This document shows positions 52,031-63,802 of a stretch of 64,000 bases of DNA, in pieces; positions within the stretch are counted from its first letter, which is position 1; each line of letters begins with the position of its first letter. The stretch covers positions 310,001-374,000 of the forward strand of contig CM060734.1 in assembly GCA_030704615.1 (NCBI GenBank), written 5' to 3'. A model generated the notes under the pieces. That model searched no databases. It worked only from the letters and a program-made list of their open reading frames with translations, and was not told where the DNA came from. The position numbers were made by a program, and so were the translations under genes. This stretch comes from Takakia lepidozioides (taxonomy: Eukaryota > Plantae > Bryophyta).

Positions 52031-52914
52031 CCGACATGGAGGGCTTCATCCGACATTTAATTGCGCAGTTGGGCAATAAATGTCCACCGCCGTCGGTTTT
52101 CATTCGGGCTGGCGACACATGGCTTCCTGGATACGTACCCTAAATCTCATGCTAATCTTGGCTTAACATGCTATTTGAGGCATGTACCCCAAAAACGGAG
52201 ATCTTTTTCCATTTTGGCTGGGACTTATGCCGCCTGAGAGAGACCTCACATCCAGACCGCGGCGGAAGTTGAAAGCTCTGTACTACGGACGACGGCCAAT
52301 CTCTCGCATGGCCAAACTGAAGCTCCAGCAGGAGATTCCAGTGTCTTGCTCACAACCCGCGCCAACTGAAGCCGAGTACTCTCAGGCAAGCCACTTCTGC
52401 TTTCGCTTTGTTCGATTTCTTTTTTGCTTTCGCTTTGTTGCCTCGCTTTGTTTTTGCATCTTCATCCTGGCTTCGCTGGATGAGTGAACTTTAGATAGTT
52501 GAGTGAACCTTACATTGTTTGCAATGCGTGTGCAAATCCGGCAGCTCTGGAGAAGGCTGCTTGTGCATGTCATTCTCAGGCAATGGTTGCATTTGTTTTC
52601 ATTGTTGTTGCATGGCTCTCCATACTTCCTAAACTTGTTATGTTTTCATTTTTGTTACACGATTGTTGCTATGGTGGTTGCGCTGCTCGTTGCGATGCTG
52701 GTTTTTGCACCGATGTTGGTTTTCACGATTTTTGGGAATGACAGAGTGACGACGAGCCCGGCACGCTGGTGGTATCATCGACAGCTCCAACTCATCGCAT
52801 GTTTGAATCGCCCAACTTGGGGCGAGAGGGCAAACTTAACCTTTTGTTGGTGGACGGGAGGACTTGCAACGAGAGTACGACAGAATAGGCATTGGGGAGG
52901 TTGGTGCAGGCGGC

Positions 52915-55900
52915 ATGGCAGGTGAAGGGCGTGAGGACATGAGGACAGCAGATCCGGCAATGGAGGTTGTTCATGCACATGCAGTAGGGCCCGCCCACGC
53001 AAAGAAAAAGAAGAAAGCTAAGCACATGCAATCCCCGGCGAGAGAGCCGTCACGGGCTGCGGAGGGGGGAGTGAGCAGTGCGCGCGAGGGTGTCAGTTCG
53101 CCTCAATCAAAGGTGGTCGTCCTGGAGGGCTCCCCTGCTGCTAGCCCTAGTAAGAAACAGAAAGCCCGTGAGAGGGCAAAAGAGAGGGCAAAAGAACAGA
53201 CGAGACAGAATGCTAGCCAGGAGGAAAGAGAAAAGGCCACTGAAGAGGCCAGGGGTGCCCAAATGACAGATGCCAATGTAAGCGAGGGACGCACAGAGAC
53301 GGTGGATCCCTCCAAGACACCACAGAGAGGCAGTAACACACCGGTTAGACCATCGCGGGCAAGAGCAGCCCCCGCAATTACCCATACGGTGGAGAGTGGA
53401 GGAGAGGAAAGAACACCAGAAAGAGCACGGATTGTGCAAGTTCGAGGTGAAGCCAGGGAGAGGGCAGTAGAGACGGGGAGAGTGCTGGAGGTGGTTTCGC
53501 AGGTGGCTGACCCTGTTGAGGAGGACGACAGGGAGCTTTCTGACCAGGATGACATCCTCCCGGACATCCCCAGGCCCCAAACCCGGAGCATACAGGCTGG
53601 ATTTGGCGGTCCTGGTGGGCTGCCGGAAAACCCCTCTGCAGCAGACGTCATGTCTGAGGCGGATATGAAGTTGGCCGCTGCCAAGATGTTGGAGGCAACC
53701 CACAGCAACATTGGCAGGGTGCTGGGGGGCATGGTGTACCCGGCCAAGCTTCGAATTCCCCTTTGCCGCTTGGTGTCATTGCAGGTGGTGAGACCTGCCC
53801 TCCCAGGCGATATCGACAAGCTGAAATTCTCTTTCCGGGATGGATATCGAATGGGGTCTGCCGCGTTTTACGTTTCCATTGAGAACGACCACGGAGCTTC
53901 CCGTGCCCACACTTCCGATGAGGTGGACAAATGGGGTCCCCATTGGCAAACGCGAAATGAGGAGTTCGAGAGATCGATTGCTAGTGATCCTCTTTTCCAG
54001 CACTTGTCCGGTAAGATGTTCTACGTGTGGGACGGCAATCATCGCCTCCTGGCATGGATGGAGCACATTGCCCAAGCCCACCCCAACGACCTCGATTGGC
54101 ATTTCGCCGTGGATTGTGTTGTGCTGAAGGTTGCGGGGCCCAAAGATCGCAGTCTTCTCAAAGCTGCAATGGCCGACATCAACTCGTAAGCTACAACCCC
54201 TCTCGCTTTTGGACTTTGAATTTGGAAGTCATTTCATTGCGAATCCTCATATATGATGAAAATTCCCATTTCAGTATTGTTTGATGGAAATGTGGCACTG
54301 CAGGGTGACTGAGAATGCCTTCATTGCCACCAACTTGTCCCATATGCTCTTCCGAGTGAAGGATGTCGGGAAGCAGGGGGTGCAAGAGTTTGCCAATTCC
54401 CTCAGTGCCGACCTCCTGCGCAAGTCGGAGGCAAAGGCAGACAGAACCTGGTATAGGCTGAGCGTCGACGCCATGGTGGACTACATATTTCGGGTAAAGC
54501 TCCTGACAGTTTTGTTGAGCTAATCTGTCTCTCCTCCCCCAATAGAAGAAATTGTGTTGAGCAGGATCTCTAATCTTATGTGCGCATTCTTGACAGACGA
54601 AAATACAGCAGGATTTGGCACATGCGCGGAGGTTCTACATGGAGTCAGAGGAGAAGAATCCAACCCTCCCGGAACTCGAATCGTATGTCAAAGCTGCGGA
54701 GGTGAGGGCCCGCATAAAGTACAAGTCGCGGATGGTAAAGTACGTGGCCATAGCTGATCCCGCCCTTGGTGCCGACTTTCTGGTGGAGGTGGGGAAGCAC
54801 TACTCTCGCGCTCTGAAGCCCACGATGACATTGGAGAAGCTCCATCGTCTAGCCACATCCTGTGTGGATGCAACAGAAAAGGTGATACATTCTTAACCAA
54901 ATTGTGGTGGCAACAACTCCTTTTTGTGGTGTTTGGCGCTTACGAATATGCTGGGTGGTTGGACAGACCCGGTGGCTCCAAATCTGGAATGGTTCCCAAA
55001 GTACCAGGGACATGTGGAGCTTCCCCAAACCGGACAAACTCTCTGACCCCACATTCGACATGTGGATGAACCGCATGACATGGTGGTTTCAGGTACTTCC
55101 CCACGCTTCGTTTGGGGCTTCTACTCTAGTAGGGGGTGGATTCTTTGTATTTTTTCAGGAAACGATCTGATGGAGAATCTCCACAGGTGACGACGAATGC
55201 GCAAGAGCAGTTGGACACACAAGCACATCAGTTCAAGATGGAGATATCTCCTGCAGCAGAGAGCCTACATGACTATGTGACGAGGTACTTTCTGCTCTAC
55301 AAAACCAACCTATTCTTTCGGGAGATAGCAGATGCTCGCCGGAGCCACGAGTTCACCGACCAGCCAAACGCGGACAAAGCAGCAATGGGCCTTCTCTGTA
55401 CAGGTACATACGCGCTGCCTTTCTTTCAAGTCCTTGCATTTCAGGATGTTAGAAGCCTCATGTGGTGTTAGGGAAAATGGCGCCGAATTTCCAGTCAGGG
55501 CTCCGAAAATGGCTAAGTCCCTAGACTGGCTGGCCCGGAACTGGAAATTCGGCGCCATTTTCCAGTTCTAGGCCCTATTGCCGTTCAGGGACTTGGCCAT
55601 TTTCGGGCTAAGTCCCTAGACTGGCTGGCCCGGAACTGGAAATTCGGCGCCATTTTCCAGTTCCAGGCCCTATTGCCGTTCAAGGACTTAGCCATTTTCG
55701 GGCTAAGTCCCTAGGGTGGCTGGCCCCGAACTGGAAATTCGGCGCCATTTTCCAGTTCTAGGCCCTATTGCCGTTCAGGGACTTAGCCATTTTCGGGCTA
55801 AGTCCCTAGGGTGGCTGGCCCTGAACTGGAAATTCGGCGCCATTTCCAGTTCTAGGCCCTATTGCCGTTCAGGGACTTAGCCATCTTCGGGCCAAACCGG

Positions 55901-58437
55901 GAAAAATGGTGCCAAATTTCCAGTTCAGGGCTCCCAAGATGGCTAAGTCCTTAGGGTGGCAGTCACCGAAAACCGAAATTCGGCGCCATTTTTCCATTTC
56001 TAGGCCCACTCACATCCGCCCCAACCTGGGAAAATGGTGCCGAATATGCATTTCAGGGACCTCATTGTGTTTTTCATGAATGCAGGTACTGCAAGTTCTC
56101 CCTTTTGGAGAAAGGTCATCAGTCTTTCAAGCCACCATTCTTCCTGGCATGGAGGAACCCTGGGGCTGACTCCATGTACACTGACGATATTGTGAAGGAG
56201 TGGCATCTGGAACATTTGCGTGATTGCCCTTGGTATGTGGACCTTCCGCCCGGCTCGCTCGACCCATCCGAGTTTCAATTGAAGCTGGATGCTGAATTCC
56301 GACGAAACCGGGCTCCGCTGCCTCCGTTGGGTGCAAAAGAGGCAAAAGCGCTTGCGAACTCCAGGAAAGCGGCAGAGCTTGATCAGGCAGGAATTCAGGA
56401 GAAATTGCATGAGAAGAGTAAAGGCCAAAGGAAAAGGACAAGGAAACAGGTGAGTGCAGTAACACCCAAAAAGAAGAAAACCATCGGGGCATTGGAGGAG
56501 GTGCAGGAGGGGACCCAAGAGAGTGACTTGGACGACGACTTTGTTCAAGGTCCTGCGACTGCTATTGCTCCTACCCAGTCACCGGTCGTCCGGGTTCCCA
56601 AGTCAGTTCGAAGTGGGACTGGCTCTGCCAAGAAGTTGGCATTTGAGGGCGAGCCTACACGACGGTATTCGGCGGTGACGTTTACGCACAGGCCAAAGCT
56701 AGAACCTCCAACCATCATCCAATGCGTCAATGAGAGCTTCCTTGACGCTCTCGCTGCTAGGGCGAAGAAGGTGGCACACAGCAAGTCTCTGGCGGAGCAG
56801 AAGGGGAAAGCCAAGAAGAGGGCTGGCGGTACAGAGCCTAAAGACACCCCTGGTTTTGAAGCCATGATGGAATTCTTCACGGCTGTGAGCACGAATTGCA
56901 AGAGCACTCGGGGGGGGGGGGGGTTGAGGTGGAGAGAGCTTGCGACATGATTCTCCTCGACATTCCAGATGGGGAGCTGCTGGAGGGCCTGGATGGTGTG
57001 CCCACCTGGAACAGGTTTACTGAGGACTACTGGAAAGCCAGGTTTGGGCTGACGGGGATGCTTCTGGATGACGGTGGATGTGTGGTTGTCCTTGCCACGA
57101 GAGGGAAGACCACAGAGAATGCGGTGGCAAGGTGGACACCGAAAAGTGTCACCCCGGTCCTCCTCAGAAAATGGTTCTGCATCAGTACACAGGGGTTGCG
57201 AACAGAGGGCCAAAGTGTAAGTTATCAATCTATTGCATTCACTTCATATTGTGGTGTATGTTAAGTAGACCCTGGAGTTGATCCCTTCTTTGTTGGATGT
57301 GCAGACATTGGTGTTTGAGGCATATTGCTTTGTGAAGAGAGGGTCTACGTTCAAATTCCGCAACGACGGTCGTCTTGTTGATGCCGCTGTGGACCCTGTA
57401 ACCTACGATGTCCTCTACAACTATGTGCCCCACTCCAGTATGCCGAAGGACACAAAGACAGGCAAACCGTGGCGGTACAGCCAGACCCGGAGCCCTGCTT
57501 TCATCCAAACCCTCATGGAGACGTGCTCGGATGTCCAAGGGCGGATTCTGGACCTCACATGCGGCACGGGTAAGCCTTCACGTGCTCAGTTTGTCCCCTG
57601 GCCCGATTGCAATTGCATGCCGCAAGCTATTAACCGCCCGCTTTGTTCCTCAGGTGATTCAATGTGGGCAGGGACGTTGTCCGACAGGCATGTGTTCGCC
57701 TTCGAGCCAGATACTGCCCTCCACAACTCGGAACTTGCAGCGGCTGAACGTCTGTCGAAAGAGGAAGAGGCATCCTCGGAGGATGAGGAAAAATCCGAGA
57801 AGGAGCAGGGGGAGGAAGTTGGGATCGAGGCCGAGGAGCCCCCGGTTTACGAGTGAGTGGTGGCATTGTAAGTTGCCTCCAGATTTCGTGAGGCACCTCC
57901 CTCCGCTCTCTTATTTCATTGAAAACCCTTTCTGGTTGTGCTGGTATTGACATTCTTGAAGTGGATTTGTTCTTACTGTAGGATGCCAAGTACTGCCGGA
58001 GGGACTATACCGAAGTTCATGGGCAGGAGGAACGTGCCTTTTTTTGCCAGGGGGGATTTCATGCCTAGTCCAGAAAGGGAGTACATCCTTCCTACTTATG
58101 CTGCCCGGCTTGCTTCGGTGTCCATTAGGAGGTGTTCCGAACGTAGTCGTGTACAGCAGATTTTAGACGAGGCAAGCCTCAAGAAATGAAGATGAGGGAG
58201 GAGGCAGCAGCTATTAGAGCCCGTCGGGCTCGTAGATTTGTCTTGGATTCTGCTGAGGAAAGTGGGGGAGAAGACGCAGAAGATTCCCAGGAGGTGAGGT
58301 GGACAGTCCCCCAAGGAGAGGACGGGATTTTTGAGAGGCATAATGGAACTGATGCATCACAGAGCTCGGAGGATGAGGGGGATGAGGGGGATGAGGAAGA
58401 AGGTGGGGCAAGTTCCTCGGAGGGTGTAGGAGAGTAG
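52915..58437 (+). CDS. Multi-exon ParB/Srx-like domain + beta-class N6-adenine/N4-cytosine DNA methyltransferase-like fusion gene (possibly disabled)
   Basis: Predicted exons ~52915-54185, 54304-54493, 54597-54881, 54967-55092, 55187-55403, 56086-57216, 57305-57569, 57654-57852, 57982-(58189/58437), all GT-AG. Motifs: FYVWDGNHRLLAW (ParB/Srx); CDMILLDIPDG (motif IV-like); after splicing RSPAFIQTLMETCSDVQGRILDLTCGTGDSMWAGTLSDRHVFAFEPD (motifs X/I/II). Frame problems at the exon 5/6 junction and at the G14 run 56910-56923. Confidence 0.78.
55470..56045. repeat. ~96-bp intronic tandem array containing the same GAAATTCGGCGCC and GGGACTTAGCC motifs
   Basis: GGCTAAGTCCCTAG...GAACTGGAAATTCGGCGCCATTTTCCAGTTC...GGGACTTAGCC repeated ~4-5 times inside intron 55404-56085. 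Confidence 0.92.
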
Positions 58438-59039
58438 TGCCCATTCCGGCTATGACAGTTAGAACACACTTGTATAGACGTGGCTTGCCACAAAATTTGC
58501 AATAAAATGTTGCATTTCAAGTCCACTGGTGCCACATTCCAACTTCACATGACCCTATTTCCGTGCCTCCTAACCCTATTTCCGTGGACTCACAATGGTC
58601 TGCTCATGCTTTTTTTTTTTCCGCTCATGCTCATGCCGCTCATGAAATAGCAGCCCCCCAAGTAAATTGATGGACAACAAACATAAGAAAAAGTTCAAAC
58701 CCGAAAAGCTGCCAGAATCAACAATAGGCTGCCCATTGTGAATTGTGCCTCTAGAGGCTATGCCATTACTGCCATTGCTTCATTGCCGACCTGCCACGGG
58801 CACATCACCTGGCAAGGACAATGAGCCATTTTGATACTCCAAATGACGGCGCTCCCCTGCCCTTCTGTATGTCCACCCAAACGACCACCATTGTGCAATT
58901 TCTGAGAGGATTGATAGGGGGTTGATAGCCTTGGGGACCATTTTGCCTTGATTGATCGAGTTTCTGCCATACACATGTGTCAATGTAGCCATCAAATACA
59001 CAAGTGCTTGACACACTCTTCTCATGTTTATCCCTTATC

Positions 59040-59705
59040 ATAGTCATAGCCAAAGAACTACTCACTCACTGATTGAGTCACTGTGACAGTACTAAAATAA
59101 TATTTTTGAAATTTAATCTCCCTAGAAACACATCATCTTCCCACGATCTGAGTTTTCCTATGTTGGATTATCAACTCTGAAAGTCCATCCAGATTCCAGA
59201 AAAAAGCATGCAAAGGGAATCAGCTACAGCTGGTCAAACATGACAGAAAGTTTCAACAATGATAGTACCATTTGCTTAAGGCCTCCTGTATACAAAGCAG
59301 TTGTAAGGCCGGTGTCATTTACTTCATGACCTTACACCCTGACTCTCTACCTAGCTTGACACAATCCTCTCATGCTTCCCCTCACCATAGTCCTCGCCAA
59401 TGAACTACCACTCACTGATTAAGTCACTGTGACAGTACTAAAATAACATCTTTGAAAATTAATATCTCTCTAGAAGCACAACCTCTTCCCACGATCTGAG
59501 TTCTCCTCTGTTGGATTATCATAACTCTGAAAGTCCATCAAGATTCCAGGAAGTAAACATGCAAAGGGAATAAGCTACAGCTGGTTGAAAATGACAGAAA
59601 GTTTCAGCAATGACAGTACCATTTGCTTAAGGCCTGATGTATACAAAGCAGCGGTATGCCCCGTGTGATGTACTTCATGACCTTAGTCTCGACTCTCTAC
59701 CTAGC
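59040..59705. repeat. Diverged ~346-bp tandem duplication
   Basis: CACTCACTGATT.AGTCACTGTGACAGTACTAAAATAA and TCTTCCCACGATCTGAG each occur twice (~59063/~59409). Confidence 0.85.
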
Positions 59706-60339
59706 TCATCCATCTCTCTATGTCTCTCTCTCTCTACCAAATATGAACGACAGCAGTCAATGGCACCATCACTCCCTCCATCATAACCTCCCTTCACATA
59801 TTACTACTAAAAAGCCATGGCTAGGGCTAGTAGACTAAAAAATAAACCGAACCTGACCTTGAGACTTCAGGTGATTGTGACATCCTGTGATCGTGGCATT
59901 CCATGACACCACATATACTTTGGCCAACTTGGCAAACACTTGAAGCACATCACAGCACGAAGTGCGGCAGCGAGCTCAAATAAGAACAAGGCCCAGGCTG
60001 CACTGTCAATGGGATGGGGCTCATTCATCACTGATGCCTGAACTCCATAGTGTATCTAACATATAGTGACCCTTCCCCGTCCACTTCACCTTCTCCAATA
60101 CTTCCTCCTCTTCCTGCTTCTCGTGCCACTTCCCACCCTTCTTGTGCTATCGCACTTAACACGCTCCCGCACTTCACATCTCTCTCCTTCCCGCACCCTG
60201 CTCCATACTCCAATCAAAGCATGCCCGACACCAAATCTCTAATCCCTAAACTAAAAACTTGCAAATTTTAAATTAAAGTTTTTTTTAGGTTTTTAATTTT
60301 CATTCTTGAATATTTCACGTAACCTTGCAATGAAAATAT

Positions 60340-60636
60340 TTCATAAATGCTAGTCGCAGATTGAGTGGTTAAAACGATGCCCATTTTGTTTAATTATGAA
60401 ACACACCATAACAGTATATATTAAATAAAAATATAATTATATAGTCGCAACTCAAGTAGTTCAATTTTATTTTATTTTTCTTTAAGCCCCATAAAATCGG
60501 CGCCCAACCCAGAGTCGTGCACGCAACTTCCTTCACTGCCAGCGTGGCAAAAGTTGCGGCTCGCAGTTGTTTTCCGAGTGGTTTTGGACATCGGTCGCAT
60601 AGACACCGGTTCAAATGAACACGATTCCTACTAGTG
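60340..60636. mobile_element. Probable CACTA right terminus
   Basis: Ends TTCCTACTAGTG (rc CACTAGTAGGAA), preceded by several GTCGCA motifs. Confidence 0.5.
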
Positions 60637-61329
60637 TTCTTTTAGTGGCGAATAATCACCCAATTTCGACCTTGTGTGGGTCCTGGCGTCAAGGGCTAAT
60701 AGAAATGAGGTTGAAAAATCCAAGGATTTCGACAAAAGCTGATTTGGTGGGCCCATCATTCGCTAGAGGGGACGGAAGAGGAATGCACCTGTCGCCCTAT
60801 TGAAGGGAGGCATTTTATAACCAAGGAGCCAGATCCTACCGACCATCTGTAGGACATCGCCCCATTCCGAGTGGGTGGGAGGACGTGGAGCTAGCAATGC
60901 TATCCATTTATATATATATATAGACTTTGTAGTAAAGAAATTTCACAATGTTTATTGTTGGCTTTGCAATAGAGAACTCCATTGATCTTCAAGGGACTTG
61001 GTGTTCAAATCCCAATACCTCATTTAAACTTTTTCGATAGTAAGGTGGTTTGGATAAAGTTCGTAAATATGAAAAGGTGGTCGTGGAGGAGTGCAAAAGG
61101 GTGACTGCAGAGGAGGATGAAAACAAAAAGGGTGGTAGTGGTTTACAAAACAGAATGAGAATGTTACTTATTCATTTTTTTTGGGATGAAAGGACACATG
61201 TTAGGCCGGTGCTAATGTCATCTCTTGTAATGTTGTCATGACATATAATCTTCATGACTATTTAGGAGCTTTGTGAGCCAACTTTTTTTTTAATTTGACA
61301 TTGACTATTTTGGAATTTCCAGATCCCGT

Positions 61330-63470
61330 AATGCAGCGAAGATATGTCGTGAGTAACAATTCCGCTCATGGTTTCGTAAATCTGCTCATGGAAAAAACTG
61401 ACCGTGCAACGAAAAATCCAGTATCCCACAGCAAAAGGACGCCGTATACTGGCGTGTATAGAATATTCCGCGGTTTTATATGCCCTAACATTGGAATGAA
61501 GCTGACACTTTTCTCGCGATTGTATGATCCCCATGCAACAACACAGTCTGCAATGCTTGAAAAATCTTGCTTCTTCCTGCATTTTGCGGGAAATGTTTTG
61601 TCACTCTACTGAGAAATGCGGTGCCAAATTTCGATTCGCACGTGCTAGATTTATGAGAAGATCACTGTTCTAGACAGTCGGCACCCAGAAGACTCAGTGC
61701 GACTATCTTACTATGACCAAACTAGGTACTGGTTCTGGCAGCCACAGTACTTCGAAATGCAGCGCCACATTTCCTTGCTGGGGGTCGAATGAGGTATGCA
61801 AAATTTGGGGTGAGGAGAAAAGTAACAACCCCAAAAAAAAAATCCATGCACGTGGAAACAGAAGGCAATGACATATTAGTATATTAGTATGACCAAAATA
61901 GGTACTGGTAGGAGAGACATAACTCGAACAGTTCTCTTGCCAAAGTCAAAGGTACTTGCAGCAGTACAGTTTAACTATAACTGAAACTTTGGAAAGGATG
62001 GGCGTAACATTGTCTTGTGCCCCGAAAACCAAGCTCACTGGTCCCCTGGATCCATGTTCAGAAGAGTGTACACCTCGTTGGGGCTCAATGATGGTGCATG
62101 TATGTAGTAATGAGTGGTCGAATTACACCCTAGTCTCTTTAGGTACACGTAGTACAGATGTTTGCAAAGGCAATACGATGCCCCCTTCTTCGCCATGATC
62201 TGGAAGTCGGTGCAATTGCAGGTGGGTAATTCTGAAATGGTGATGGTGTACACCTCGTTGCGGACAACTGGGCCCGCCGTGACCATCTGATAAACACGCC
62301 CAAAACCTGGTGGGCCCGCACTTATGTTGAGCTCTGGATTGTACAGTTCATCCCAAGTGCATTCCCCATCCTTGTCTCATTCACTTTTGAGGAAGGTCGC
62401 CGTCTCCTCAGTTTCCCCCAACGATGTGTAGGATGCGCAGAGTTGTCGCGTCGGTCTGCTCTTGCTCTCATAGGGGTCGGTGGTCGACGCTATGGAACCA
62501 AAAATGGTTGTCTGGGGACGTCAGTTCGTTGCACCATCCGAAATCCTACTACAGTAAGGGCATCAACCTCAACCTTACTCAGATTGCATCCCGGTTCCAC
62601 CGGCGGGTAGTTGCAGTCTACAGTGGACCAAAATGAGACACACCATGAGTCCCTAAAAGGACATAAAGGGGGATGTGGCGAATCCTCAACCATTGGATTC
62701 ACTTCAATTTACAATCTCAACCATCTATTATTGACCATTAAAGACTTTATTTTCAAATCGCAATAGTTTCAGATCACGATAGTTTTTTTCAAATTTGACC
62801 TTGATCCATTCCGGGGGTCTACCCTTGGTCTATGTATTTAATGAGGTAGTGTTGATATTTCAAAGAATTCTATATGTAAAGGAAAATAGTTATTTTGAAG
62901 GCTCAAAATAGTACATAAAGTTTATTTTACTTAATATTTTTGAATGGATGTTTTCATTCTAGATTCTGTATCCCTCAAAGCACATTTGGTCAAGTCCATT
63001 TTTCTAATTTTCTATGAATCATGCTTTAAAAAAAATCCATAACGGCCTTTTATATGGACTATAACAAATCCTTATGGACTTGTTGAAAAGTCCATAATTT
63101 CTAACCATTTGTTTTTTTGGTTATGAGACTTGGAATAAGGGAAATATATGTAGTTGAGCCTTCATAGCTTAGTCCCTTTTTACTATCAGCCTTGCCATTT
63201 AGGAGTATGATAATTTACAACTAATCAAGGTCCCAAAAAAACAGTGTTGTGACAACATTTTTGGTCCACCGTAGGCTGCAACTGCCCCGGCCACACCGGG
63301 GGAGCCTCTGGCATTGTTTGTATGCCGTACTTGGGCTTTCCATAGAGGGGCGTGCTAGATTGTGAGCAGCTCACGTGAGCAGAAAAAACTGTTGCAGGAT
63401 TCTGCTCATAGTTCTCGCCCTATTACCGCGGACCTGTACTTGCTGGAAGCCCTATTACCGTGGGCTTCAA
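61330..63470 (-). pseudogene. Decayed relative of the 13.7-kb MULE (SWIM-containing 3' part of the transposase)
   Basis: VYTITISELPTCNCTDF...CKHLYYVYLKRL...HAPSLS, GFRMVQRTDVP and GKPKYGIQ match 45979-46620. Remnant CCGCTCATG and CCCTATTACCGCG motifs. Confidence 0.85.
62605..63287 (-). mobile_element. Second copy of the 4-bp-TSD MITE (TSD CGGC)
   Basis: GGGTAGTTGCAGTCTACAGTGGACCAAAA ... TTTTGGTCCACCGTAGGCTGCAACTGCCC. Removing the element plus one CGGC restores exact colinearity with 46530-46573. Confidence 0.9.
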
Positions 63471-63802
63471 GTATGGAAAAGGGAGCATTTTTTTGAAGAG
63501 TGAGTCTGTGGGTTAGCAGCAACATTGTGGAGTGGTTGATTGATGTTTGAGTGTGTTTTAAAAATGAGTTGGATGAAAGAAGTGGATGAACGATGGATGA
63601 ATGTGCGATAAAAAAAGATGGATGAGAAAGTGGATGAATGAAAACACATCTTCAAACATGCAAGGGAGGGAAACTGGTGCTTCATAAATGTATGTCTTAA
63701 AACAAATGAGTCAATCCAAAAAGGCACTTCCCTATCCGATTTTGAACCCAAAACTGATGCAGAACTGTCTATAAAGATACTAGCCCTGCTCTGCACAAAA
63801 CC

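Larger units (their letters stand above)
44997..58658. mobile_element. Structurally complete ~13.7-kb Mutator-like element (MULE) with cargo gene
   Basis: TIRs G.GG..TGCTATTTCATGAGC...CATGAGCGGA (44997-45044) and TCCGCTCATG...GCTCATGAAATAGCAGCCCCC (58620-58658). TSD CAAGTAAATT at 44987-44996 and 58659-58668 (9-10 bp). MULE transposase inside. Confidence 0.92.

Noticed and set aside
49722-52143. Many overlapping ORFs up to 308 aa (e.g. 50233..51159)
   Set aside because: By-products of a GC-rich palindromic array; the same peptide (MEIRRRISI) appears on both strands.
53103-53819. Antisense ORFs of 198-238 aa
   Set aside because: Shadow frames of the plus-strand ParB exon.
52864-58437. Bacterial contamination as the source of the ParB/MTase gene
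   Set aside because: The gene has multiple in-phase GT-AG introns and lies within MULE TIRs with a TSD.
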